From contig DAOWGI010000100.1 of assembly GCA_030637655.1 (NCBI GenBank), positions 1 to 35,148 of the forward strand: DNA of 35,148 bases, in the 5' to 3' direction. Positions 1 to 8,321 of the stretch are shown in pieces. A model generated the notes under the pieces. That model made no database searches, had not been told where the DNA came from, and saw only the letters and a list, made by a program, of their open reading frames with translations. This stretch comes from a candidate division FCPU426 bacterium. Its GTDB lineage: Bacteria; Oederibacteriota; JAAXVQ01; JAUVAV01. The stretch's first letter is position 1; every line of letters begins with the position of its first letter. The position numbers and the translations under genes are program-made.

Positions 1-1
1 A

Positions 2-1228
2 TATCATGGCAGTGCGAGCGGGCTTTCCGCAAGTGCGGCCTGGACCGCTGAAAGCAATCAGGTGGATGCAAATTTCGGCAAGTCAGTAGCGAGCGCGGGC
101 GATGTAAATGGCGATGGTTATAGCGATGTTATCGTGGGCGCAAGTTTGTATACCAACGTTGAGTCTAATGAAGGCCGGGCGTATGTGTATCTGGGATCAT
201 CCAGCGGTCTCTCTGTTGGCGCGGTCTGGATTACTGAGAACAACCAGGCAGATGCAGAGTTCGGCAGATCGGTAGCGAGCGCGGGCGATGTAAATGGCGA
301 TGGTTATAGCGATGTTATTGTGGGAGCGGTTTATTATGACAACGGAGAGACTAATGAAGGCCGGGCGCTTGCGTATTATGGGAATGATTCCGGGGGAATA
401 ATCAGACTGCCCAGACAGGTAAAAGTATCAGAAGCAAACCTGATTGGACCTCAAGGTTTAGCTTCTGATCAGTCTGCGAATACACAAGCGCGTATCGGAT
501 TTTGGGCCATAAGCAGCCAGGGCCGGACCAGGGCCAAGCTCCAGGTTGATACCGCACTTCCGGGAAACGGACTAACCGGCGCTAATCTGCAAACCGGAGC
601 CGCCTACCAGGATATAGGCGTTGCCGGCATGGACCTAGTACTGCTATTAACCGGATTGCAGCCCAGGCAGGCGTATAGATGGCGGGCGCGCTTGTTGTAC
701 GATCCCACGAATGCGCCTTGCGGTTTATTGCACAGCCCATGGTTCAGTCTGAGCCTGGCATCACTGGAAGGCGGCCATGATTTTCGAACCGGGCCATATT
801 GGACACCCACTAGCACAGTGACTCCTACGAGTACGGCCACGCCTACGAGCACCGCAATAGATTCACCGACTCTGACCGCCACGCCCACGATTTCATTAAC
901 CGCAACACCTACCAGCATTACAACTGCAACTGCAACGCCCACGCCGTCATATCCGGCGCTGGTACAAGGCGGCTATGCCACGCCGAATCCTTTTCTGCCG
1001 GGTCTTGGACAGAGAGCCAATTTCAATTTCACTCTCAGCAACAGTCAAATTTCTTTCAAAATCCGGGTTTTCAACATCAAAGGGCGGGTGGTACGAACTC
1101 TGACGAATATACGGGAATGGGATGGCCGCGATGAGAATGGCCGCCTATGCGAAGGAGGATTATATTTATATCAAATTGAGGCGGAAAACCAGCGGATTAG
1201 CGGCACTGTGGCGCTGATAGAAGAGTAG
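2..1228 (+). CDS. FG-GAP (integrin-alpha-like) repeat protein with Thr/Pro-rich linker and C-terminal FlgD-Ig / T9SS-CTD-like domain; 5' end lies outside the window
   Basis: Frame is open from base 2 (YHGSASGLSASAAWTAESNQ...). Two FG.SVASAGDVNGDGYSDVIVGA repeats, a TPTSTATPT linker, and a tail PNPF...IRVFNIKGRVV...WDGRDENG...GLYLYQI...GTVALIEE. Confidence 0.85.
   Translation, partial: YHGSASGLSASAAWTAESNQVDANFGKSVASAGDVNGDGYSDVIVGASLYTNVESNEGRAYVYLGSSSGLSVGAVWITENNQADAEFGRSVASAGDVNGDGYSDVIVGAVYYDNGETNEGRALAYYGNDSGGIIRLPRQVKVSEANLIGPQGLASDQSANTQARIGFWAISSQGRTRAKLQVDTALPGNGLTGANLQTGAAYQDIGVAGMDLVLLLTGLQPRQAYRWRARLLYDPTNAPCGLLHSPWFSLSLASLEGGHDFRTGPYWTPTSTVTPTSTATPTSTAIDSPTLTATPTISLTATPTSITTATATPTPSYPALVQGGYATPNPFLPGLGQRANFNFTLSNSQISFKIRVFNIKGRVVRTLTNIREWDGRDENGRLCEGGLYLYQIEAENQRISGTVALIEE
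86..318 (+). repeat. Intragenic direct repeat: identical 47-bp blocks at 86-132 and 272-318 (186-bp period, one FG-GAP unit)
   Basis: GTAGCGAGCGCGGGCGATGTAAATGGCGATGGTTATAGCGATGTTAT occurs twice. Confidence 0.9.
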
Positions 1229-1255
1229 AATTTAATATAAAGAAGGCCGGGAATT

Positions 1256-3511
1256 ATGCCAGGGATAAAACACTGTTTAAACATAGTGGTTTTTGCCAGT
1301 GTGCCGATATGGCTGTTTATTAGTTCCTCAGTCCAGGCGTATTTTCAGGATGCAGCCTTGGGAGTCAGGCCAGCCGGGATGGGAGCAGCTTTTGTGAGCA
1401 TTGCGGATGATGCCAATACGGTATTATTCAATCCCGCGGGTTTTGCCCGTATAAAGAATATGGAATTCACAGGCATGTATTCAGAACTATATCGCAATAT
1501 AAACGCCCGCCTGTATAATGGACAGACTGACCGGCTGGGATACAATTTTCTCTCGCTGGCCATTCCAGGCCCGAAATCCTTTGGCACCTTCGGCGCTTCC
1601 TGGGCGAATTTTCAATCAATGTTCTATAAAGAAAACATCTTCGCGCTTTCTTACGGACAAAGTATTCTGGCAAAAAACATCCTGGATTTCGGAACCAATT
1701 TCAAGGTTCTGCAGTGGCAGGTAGAGGCCAATGATTATTCCACTGACCCGGTGATTTTCCCCTTTGCAAAACGTCAAAAAACCGGGTATACCCTGGACAT
1801 AGGTATTCTAAGCCGGCCCCTGGAAGGGCTTAGTCTGGGCGCAAGCATGGATAATATTCTGCCAACTGAAATGGGATTAAGTTCCTCGCGCAAGGTGCCT
1901 ATAGTTATGCGAGCCGGGGCGGCTTTCAAGCGCCAATGGGAGAAAAGCCCTGTAGATTCATTGCAAGTCTCGGTTGAGTGGAATAAGCGCGATAATGTTT
2001 ACAATACCAAAGCCGGTCTGGAAATATGGTTTTTTCAGAAAGCTTTGGCAATTCGCTCAGGTATCAATATGGATGCTTTTTCCGCCGGCCTGAGTTTTAG
2101 GTATATTCCCCGGGCTTTTCCTCTGGGTTGGCAATTGGATTATGCCTTTACGCATCCTTTTATGGTGTTTAATACCGGCGGTTCGCACCGGCTGGGCATG
2201 ACGATCCGCTGGAATTCGCAGACCAGGCGAAAAAAACCGATTGTGCAAAGCAAGCAGACAAAATTGGTGGATGAATATTATCAGGCAGCCATAAAAGCCG
2301 AGCTGACGGGAAATATCGAGGAAGCAACAGGATACTGGCAACGCATCATTGAGCTTGAACCGGGTAATATTGCCGCCCAAAATCACCTGGAGGAACTCCG
2401 GAAAAAACAGACCCAGGACGCAGGAAAAGCGGCAAGCATCACCAAAGAGACATATCAAAAGGGCGATCTCCGGTTTCGAAGAAAACCTGCCAAACTCTTT
2501 TCTGATAAATCGCAGGTGGAAATCGAGATAACCGGAATTAATTCGCAGTTCCGCTTGAAAGGCCAAAAGGAGTACTATGACAATGCCGCCCGTTGCCTGG
2601 CCAGAGGAGATAAATATTATCAAAACCAGAAATTCATAAAAGCTTTAGAAGCCTGGGAAATCGTGCTTGCTCTGAAACCGAACCATGCGGGCGCCTTGAA
2701 AAAAATAAGCAAGCTTAAGGCAAAAATCGCCGCGAAGATTGACCGGTATTCATATCAGGGCATCAAATATTTCAACCAAAAAAAATATATATCCGCCTCA
2801 AAACAATTTCAATTGGTTTTAAAGGTTGATCCGCAGTATTGGCAGGCCGGATTTTATTTGAACAAAACCCGGGATATACTGGCGAATAGAGTTCAAAAGT
2901 ATTACTCCCGGGGCCGGGCCTGGCTGGCGGAAGGTAAAAACCAACAGGCTTTGGATTGCTTTAAAACCATCCAAAAAATAAATCCAGGCTACCGGAACAC
3001 AGCGGAACTGGCAAAAACAGCCAGTGCCAGAATAAAAACCCTCAAGAAAACACGGCGGAAATATTGGACGGCTTATAGATATTTTCAGGGTCCGCGCCTG
3101 TCAAGCGCCTTGACGATTTTAGCGCCCTTGATTAAAAACAATAATTACGACGCAAATATCCTGAAATTGTTCAACCAGGTTGTGAAGCAAAAGGCCTTAT
3201 CGTTCAAATACTACCAAAGAGGCATAAATCATCACATTAATGGATGTTTTGATTTATCCATAGCTAATTTTCACCAGAGCTTAAAACTTGACAAGCAAAG
3301 CCAGGCCGGCGAACGGCTCTGGGATGCCTATATGCAAAAAGGCATCCAGGCCTATCGCGACGATGATTTAAAAGCCGCGCTGAAAGCCTGGCAAAAAGCC
3401 TCCTCCCTAAAAAAGAATAATCCCCTGGTGAAAAAATACCTGGAAAGGGTTATAAACAAGATTAAATACTATAAAGGTGTCTTTGGAGACGATTATTTTA
3501 AGCATAAATAA
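1256..3511 (+). CDS. PorP/SprF-PorV-like outer-membrane beta-barrel fused to a C-terminal TPR array
   Basis: Signal peptide. N-terminal GVRPAGMGAAFVSIADDANTVLFNPAG motif. Barrel ends LDYAFTHP...GGSHRLGMTIRW at about aa 320, followed by many TPR-like helices (e.g. ATGYWQRIIELEPGN, ALEAWEIVLALKPNH). Confidence 0.75.
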   Translation: MPGIKHCLNIVVFASVPIWLFISSSVQAYFQDAALGVRPAGMGAAFVSIADDANTVLFNPAGFARIKNMEFTGMYSELYRNINARLYNGQTDRLGYNFLSLAIPGPKSFGTFGASWANFQSMFYKENIFALSYGQSILAKNILDFGTNFKVLQWQVEANDYSTDPVIFPFAKRQKTGYTLDIGILSRPLEGLSLGASMDNILPTEMGLSSSRKVPIVMRAGAAFKRQWEKSPVDSLQVSVEWNKRDNVYNTKAGLEIWFFQKALAIRSGINMDAFSAGLSFRYIPRAFPLGWQLDYAFTHPFMVFNTGGSHRLGMTIRWNSQTRRKKPIVQSKQTKLVDEYYQAAIKAELTGNIEEATGYWQRIIELEPGNIAAQNHLEELRKKQTQDAGKAASITKETYQKGDLRFRRKPAKLFSDKSQVEIEITGINSQFRLKGQKEYYDNAARCLARGDKYYQNQKFIKALEAWEIVLALKPNHAGALKKISKLKAKIAAKIDRYSYQGIKYFNQKKYISASKQFQLVLKVDPQYWQAGFYLNKTRDILANRVQKYYSRGRAWLAEGKNQQALDCFKTIQKINPGYRNTAELAKTASARIKTLKKTRRKYWTAYRYFQGPRLSSALTILAPLIKNNNYDANILKLFNQVVKQKALSFKYYQRGINHHINGCFDLSIANFHQSLKLDKQSQAGERLWDAYMQKGIQAYRDDDLKAALKAWQKASSLKKNNPLVKKYLERVINKIKYYKGVFGDDYFKHK

Positions 3512-3546
3512 ATCGTAAGCAACTGTGAAATAATGGAGGCGCGGCC

Positions 3547-5727
3547 TTGAGAAAAACAAAAATCATATTTTTGCTTATGCTTTTCCGCCTGGTTTGTCCG
3601 GGCCTGCTTTATTCCGGCCAGGCAATTGAATGGCAGACCCTGAATTCCAAAAACGGGTTATCCCATGATTTCATTAATGTGGTCTGCGCATCGCGGGAAT
3701 ATGTATATATTGGCACTAAAAAAGGCCTGAATATCTACAGCAAATCAACGCAAAAACTCATATCGCCGGCGCGAAGGATACGCTTGCCGCATGAGAATGT
3801 TCTCTCTCTGCTGCCGGACCAGGACAGCCTATGGATCGGAACCACCCAAGGACTTGCGCTTTGGCATTCCCAAGACGCTAGGATTACGGATAAAGTACGC
3901 AAATTAAACGGTCGGCGGATAAATGCCATAGTGAGAGAAAAAGATGAAATTTACCTGGGAACGAATAACGGGCTCTTTAAATACCAGCCTGAAGCAAAAA
4001 TCCTGACAGCCCTGGAAGCTCTGGAAGGCCGTGATATAGCCGCTTTGGAAATGACCAGCTCGGGACTGCTTATGATTTTTTCCAACGGCCTGGTGGAATT
4101 GTTTAACTTACAAACCAAGCGCAGGGAAAATATCCGCCTCGAATTCAATCCTTCACAAAATAAGGTAACCGCAGCGCGCTGTCGCGGAGATTATATCTGG
4201 TTTGCGACAGAAGGAAGCGGGCTGATCGGACATAATATGATGAAAAAAAAATGGGTTTCCTTATCCCGACCGGACAAGGTAGACGCATTTCTCACTGTCC
4301 TGGCGGTTGACGGAAAGCATCTTTGGTGCGGAACGTTTTTAGGTTTATTCCGCTATCATCAGGAGAAAAAAAAATGGTCTGCTTTCCCGGAAAGAACAAT
4401 TACGGATTCTCCCATCACTACTCTGGCAGTGGATGGTGAATATATCTGGATAGGCACTGAGGAACGCGGCGTGGTTTATGGAAACAAGAAAACTCCCAAT
4501 ATAAAAATCCTGTTAGCCAAACGGTATTTCAAAGCTGAAACAGCCGAGATTTCAGGAATTATCCAGGGAAGCGGAAATCTGACTGCCAAGCTATCGTACC
4601 ATGCCTTAACCTCGCCGGGCCGACGGCTTACCCGGCAGGTGGTTGTTTCGCAGAATAACGGAGAATTTAGAATACGCGTCAATTTCAAGAAATTATTGGA
4701 CAATGCTTACCAATTCCAGATCTCGGTCCAGGATTCTCAGGGAAACCAAAACACGGAAAGGTTCACCCTGGTTAAAAAAACTAAGCCGTCGAGCATCACT
4801 TTTGATTTTTACGCCTTAAGAACCGGACTCAATAAAATCCAGGGAAAATACCGTCCGCATACCATTGACAAAATAATTTTGTATCCCGGCCAGGTATCAG
4901 CAGTTCTGGACCAAAAGACCCAAACCTTCAAAAGCGAACTTAGTCTCTTACCCACTGATACCCGAATCAAGTTCAAAGCCCGCGACTTTGACGGCCGGAT
5001 TGAAATATTTACCTGCGATATAAAAGTAAAAGGCGCTCCCAAGCTGGATTTTTTTACGCCCCTGATGGTCTTTACCCCGGGAATTGATGAAGTGAAGTTT
5101 GCGATTACCCGGAAGAATATTACAGAGCCGGCTTATTGGGAAATACTCATTTCCACTCCAGCCGGCGAACCGGTAATGAAGCATTGGTCCGCAGCCGAGC
5201 TGCCTTCGCATTTTATATGGGATGGCAAAAATCAAACCGGCCAGGCGGTTGCCAGGGGAAATATTTTTTACTATTCTCTGAAAATCAAGGAGAAAAACGG
5301 CTTTGAAATGGTTACTCCCAAAAGAGCGTTGAAATCCCAGGCCATTACTGCAAAACCTGATATGGGGAAAGTAATTAAATTAAGCCGGGCTTTTTTATTT
5401 GATCCGGGAAAAGCGGTCATTAAACCGGCTTATTTATCCAGCTTTGACGAACTCAGGAAAATAATCAAGCAGCACCCGAAATGCGCCATATTAATTGAAG
5501 GACATACTGATAACCGGCCTCTTTTTCATTCCACCTATGTTTCAAATCAAAAATTATCAGAAGCAAGAGCCGCGACAGTGGCCGACTATGCAAGGAAAAA
5601 GTTTTTTATAGATAAAAAAATGATAGCCATAATTGGTTATGGCGCTGACCGACCCATAGCTAATAATGATAAGTGGACGGAACGGGCAAAAAACCGGCGA
5701 GTGGAGGTAAGTGTTCTGCAAAAGTAG
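3547..5727 (+). CDS. Exported beta-propeller (Reg_prop-like repeats) + Ig/FlgD-like domains + C-terminal OmpA-like peptidoglycan-binding domain
   Basis: Repeated LWIGTxxGL/IYLGTNNGL blades, a WDGKNQTG motif, and OmpA signatures LFDPGKA, IEGHTDN, NQKLSEARA, GYGADRP, NRRVEV. TTG start with upstream GGAGG. Confidence 0.85.
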   Translation: MRKTKIIFLLMLFRLVCPGLLYSGQAIEWQTLNSKNGLSHDFINVVCASREYVYIGTKKGLNIYSKSTQKLISPARRIRLPHENVLSLLPDQDSLWIGTTQGLALWHSQDARITDKVRKLNGRRINAIVREKDEIYLGTNNGLFKYQPEAKILTALEALEGRDIAALEMTSSGLLMIFSNGLVELFNLQTKRRENIRLEFNPSQNKVTAARCRGDYIWFATEGSGLIGHNMMKKKWVSLSRPDKVDAFLTVLAVDGKHLWCGTFLGLFRYHQEKKKWSAFPERTITDSPITTLAVDGEYIWIGTEERGVVYGNKKTPNIKILLAKRYFKAETAEISGIIQGSGNLTAKLSYHALTSPGRRLTRQVVVSQNNGEFRIRVNFKKLLDNAYQFQISVQDSQGNQNTERFTLVKKTKPSSITFDFYALRTGLNKIQGKYRPHTIDKIILYPGQVSAVLDQKTQTFKSELSLLPTDTRIKFKARDFDGRIEIFTCDIKVKGAPKLDFFTPLMVFTPGIDEVKFAITRKNITEPAYWEILISTPAGEPVMKHWSAAELPSHFIWDGKNQTGQAVARGNIFYYSLKIKEKNGFEMVTPKRALKSQAITAKPDMGKVIKLSRAFLFDPGKAVIKPAYLSSFDELRKIIKQHPKCAILIEGHTDNRPLFHSTYVSNQKLSEARAATVADYARKKFFIDKKMIAIIGYGADRPIANNDKWTERAKNRRVEVSVLQK

Positions 5728-5825
5728 AATAGAAAGCTGTGATAAACATGAACCATAGAAAATACCTGGCAGGAGCATTATTAGCGACCATAGCAGGTTC
5801 ATACCTGGGCCTGGGGATATTACAT

Positions 5826-6225
5826 AATAGGGCTATTTACTTGACTCAACCACCTACAATATGTAGTGTAGTGTCTCCAAAATATGGGTACATTTGATTT
5901 TATGTTTCTATCGTCATTCCCCGACAGGAAAAGATATATAGGGACGCTTCGCAGCCGGCATTTCGTCACCCCGGTATGCAGTTAACCGGGGCGGAATCCA
6001 GGGGGTTTGTTTGAAAAAGTCACAGTCCTGGACCCCGGCTACAATCATGCCGGGGTGACGTCTATACCGTTAATTAAGAGACACTACAGTAGGATATGCC
6101 ATGGTTACGAAATAAACTGTTTACTGTGTTTGGCAGCACGCTGTACAAGTTAAACCTGTCCCTTTTAATGATTTGAGTAAACCACAACCTGTTGGGGGTG
6201 GTTGAGTCAAGTAAATAGCCCTATT
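5826..6225. mobile_element. MITE bounded by perfect 29-bp terminal inverted repeats, probably an internally deleted IS1595-family element
   Basis: AATAGGGCTATTTACTTGACTCAACCACC (5826-5854) and its exact reverse complement (6197-6225). The interior near the right end reads ...QHAVQVKPVPFNDLSKPQPVGGG*, recalled as resembling IS1595 transposase C-termini. No 8-bp target duplication is visible. Confidence 0.7.
5867..6088. mobile_element. Second MITE nested inside the first, with 11-bp terminal inverted repeats and a 4-bp target duplication
   Basis: TGTAGTGTCTC (5867-5877) pairs with GAGACACTACA (6078-6088). GTAG flanks both sides (5863-5866, 6089-6092). About 95 bp of the right end recurs inverted at 13945-14039. 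Confidence 0.75.
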
Positions 6226-6364
6226 CGGGTATGACAACCCTTTTAGAAAACAATCTTCTCACAACAGAAATTAATTAGTCACGCGCTGCCAGATTTGTCC
6301 ACCTGAATCAAAAATGAGACCATTTTCACCCACAGATTCTGCTGAAGACCCGCAAAGAATTTCT

Positions 6365-6430
6365 TTTGACAGGATAACAGGATTGACAGAATTTATTTAA
6401 AATCCCGTATATCTTGTTGATCCTGTCAAA
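6365..6430. repeat. Long imperfect palindrome with roughly 9-nt periodic arms (ACAGGAT units)
   Basis: TTTGACAGGATAACAGGATTGACAGAA ... ATCTTGTTGATCCTGTCAAA. Confidence 0.75.
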
Positions 6431-6538
6431 TAGGGACGGGATCACATTCCCCCATTCACATTCACTTCTTTAGACTTGCATCAACCACGCTCTTTTGTCA
6501 TGATAGGCATACACGCTACTCATAAGGAGGACACCTGT

Positions 6539-7732
6539 ATGCTCCGCAAGCCTTTACTGGAAAAACTATTCGATGCTGCCTACCTGCAGCGCTGGAATGA
6601 TAAAGCCCGGCCGGTTGAACTGACCGAACTGGATAAGCAAGCCCATAAAATGGTAATTGCCTATATTTTGGGTAAATTAGAAGAACCACAGCCGGATTTC
6701 AGTTGGATCGAAATCATTGAGGGCGGTATTTTTGAATTTCTGCAGCGAGTTGTGCTCACAGATTTAAAACCGCCCATTTTCCATAAAATCAAAGCGGATG
6801 CTGAAAAATATAAACGTCTCAATACCTGGGTCTTCCAGGAACTCCAGGACATCATTGCTCCACTGGGTCCTGATTTTTGCCGGCGTTTTAAAAATTATTT
6901 TCTTGAACCCAAAGAAAACATCAACCGCCGTATATTGAATGCCGCTCATTTTTACGCGACTAAGTGGGAATTTGATATTATCCATAAAGCCAATCCCAAT
7001 AGCTATGATATCGAAGAGATTAAAGCGGACCTGCAGAGCAAACAGGACAAATACCGATCACTTGCTAGTATCCAGCAGCTGGAAGCGGATAAAAAATTGA
7101 TCCGCTTTATCAACTTGTGCGGTGAATTGCGTTTCCAGACCCGTTGGTCCAATCTGCATCGAATCCCTAAGACCTCAGTCTTAGGGCACATGCTCTTTGT
7201 GGCCATGGTCTCTTATCTCTTTTCTTTATCAGTCCGGGCCTGCCCAAAACGTAGTTCCAATAATTTTTTCACCGGCCTTTTTCATGATCTGCCGGAAGTC
7301 TTGACCCGGGATATTATCTCACCGGTCAAGCGCTCGGTCGAGGGCTTAAGTGATCTTATCAAGGAATACGAAACCGAATTAATGGAAAAAGAGGTGTACA
7401 GTCTCCTGCCCAAAGCCTGGCATCAAGAACTGCGTTGTTATACGGAACATGAATTTGCCAACTTAGTCACGGATAACGGACTCCAGCAGGGTATTACCTG
7501 CGAAATCATCAATGAAAAATATAACAAAGATAGATTTAATGCCCGGGATGGTGATCTCATCAAAGCCGCCGATATGTTGGCTGCTTTCATCGAAGCCTAT
7601 GAGGGTATTCGCAATGGCAGTGCCAGTCATGACTTGCAAGAAGCGAAGAAAAGCATTAAATATCGCTACCAGAGTGAGATTAAAAACATTGCCGGCATTG
7701 ATTTTGGTAAGTTGTACTATGATTTTGATTAA
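6539..7732 (+). CDS. HD-domain phosphohydrolase (YfbR-like, duplicated fold with degenerate N-terminal half)
   Basis: RBS AAGGAGG at 6524-6530 favours ATG 6539. C-terminal half has RWS...SVLGH...FHDLPE...KAADMLAAFIEA; N-terminal half has QRWND...ELDKQAH. Confidence 0.8.
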   Translation: MLRKPLLEKLFDAAYLQRWNDKARPVELTELDKQAHKMVIAYILGKLEEPQPDFSWIEIIEGGIFEFLQRVVLTDLKPPIFHKIKADAEKYKRLNTWVFQELQDIIAPLGPDFCRRFKNYFLEPKENINRRILNAAHFYATKWEFDIIHKANPNSYDIEEIKADLQSKQDKYRSLASIQQLEADKKLIRFINLCGELRFQTRWSNLHRIPKTSVLGHMLFVAMVSYLFSLSVRACPKRSSNNFFTGLFHDLPEVLTRDIISPVKRSVEGLSDLIKEYETELMEKEVYSLLPKAWHQELRCYTEHEFANLVTDNGLQQGITCEIINEKYNKDRFNARDGDLIKAADMLAAFIEAYEGIRNGSASHDLQEAKKSIKYRYQSEIKNIAGIDFGKLYYDFD

Positions 7733-7906
7733 TAAAAATCATTTTTCAAGCTCATTAATTATTAATACATTTTTGTAGCTGCGTTAATTTTTACTACTTT
7801 TATGTATTTTTTTGTAATTGCGTCCTTTTCCCAAGCACTGATCGAAAATTCACTTTTATCCTTATAAACAAAGACCTTTTCCTTTTTTTCTATTCACCCC
7901 TTCTTT

Positions 7907-7922
7907 TGGCACGCTTAATGCA
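7907..7922 (+). promoter_or_regulatory. Sigma-54 (-24/-12) promoter for the porin-amtB-glnK operon
   Basis: TGGCACGCTTAATGCA has GG-N10-GC spacing and one mismatch to TGGCAC-N5-TTGC; it lies upstream of nitrogen-uptake genes. Confidence 0.75.
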
Positions 7923-8001
7923 TTATAAAAACCCATATAGTATCTTAGTTCTCAAATTTGTGCTTTTTATGGCAGAAACTTATTCGTCGCAAAGAGCGCA
8001 A

Positions 8002-8175
8002 TAACAGGTCAGTGAAGTGCTGTTAAACAAAGGTTGTCATTCCCGAGGGTTTAATCGGCCCCGACCGGAAAAGATATATAGGGACGCATTCGGCAGGAAT
8101 CTGGTTTTTTAAACCATATCCGTCCTCGAATGCTCTTATCGGGGATACAAACATTCGGGGATGACAGGGTGGGGG
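8002..8175. repeat. Dispersed composite REP/MITE-like repeat, copy 1 (copy 2 at 22462-22617)
   Basis: 8023-8110 is nearly identical to 22483-22570. Contains GTCATTCCCGA...GAATC and CATTCGGGGATGAC palindrome arms. Confidence 0.85.
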
Positions 8176-8194
8176 TTAATCCTGCCAAAGATTT

Positions 8195-8219
8195 TTAGTT
8201 CCGGCTTGTCCGGGTTAGG
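8195..8219. repeat. Short TCCGG-N5/6-CCGG-TTAG repeat (other copies at 12852-12877 and 13016-13038)
   Basis: TTAGTTCCGGCTTGTCCGGGTTAGG; TTGCTTCCGGTTTTTGCCGGCTTAGG; TTGATTCCGGGTTGCCCGGGTTA. Confidence 0.65.
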
Positions 8220-8321
8220 TATCCAGTTATCAATCGCAAAGGAGGGATGGCATTTAGCAGTACGCTTTGGTAGCAAGCGCAATGCTACAAAAATAAAATC
8301 TTATAGGAGGTACATTTTAAA

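Noticed and set aside
604-942. Val/Gly/Ala-rich 112-aa antisense ORF
   Set aside because: It is the reverse complement of the Thr/Pro linker of the FG-GAP gene. The other short overlapping ORFs in the track are likewise shadows of real genes.
5855-5870. NrdR-box-like sequence ACAATATGTAGTGT
   Set aside because: It spans the junction between two mobile elements, and no ribonucleotide reductase gene is nearby.
6476-6538. Longer TTG start for the HD protein
   Set aside because: A strong RBS sits just before ATG 6539.
1709-6589. Avoidance of CTGCAG as evidence of RM specificity
   Set aside because: CTGCAG is present (e.g. 1709, 6584). No avoidance can be claimed without counting, and specificity cannot be read from sequence alone.
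8221-8321. Glutamine riboswitch in the amtB operon leader
   Set aside because: Hairpins are present, but I could not match the glnA-motif consensus; an Rfam scan would settle it.
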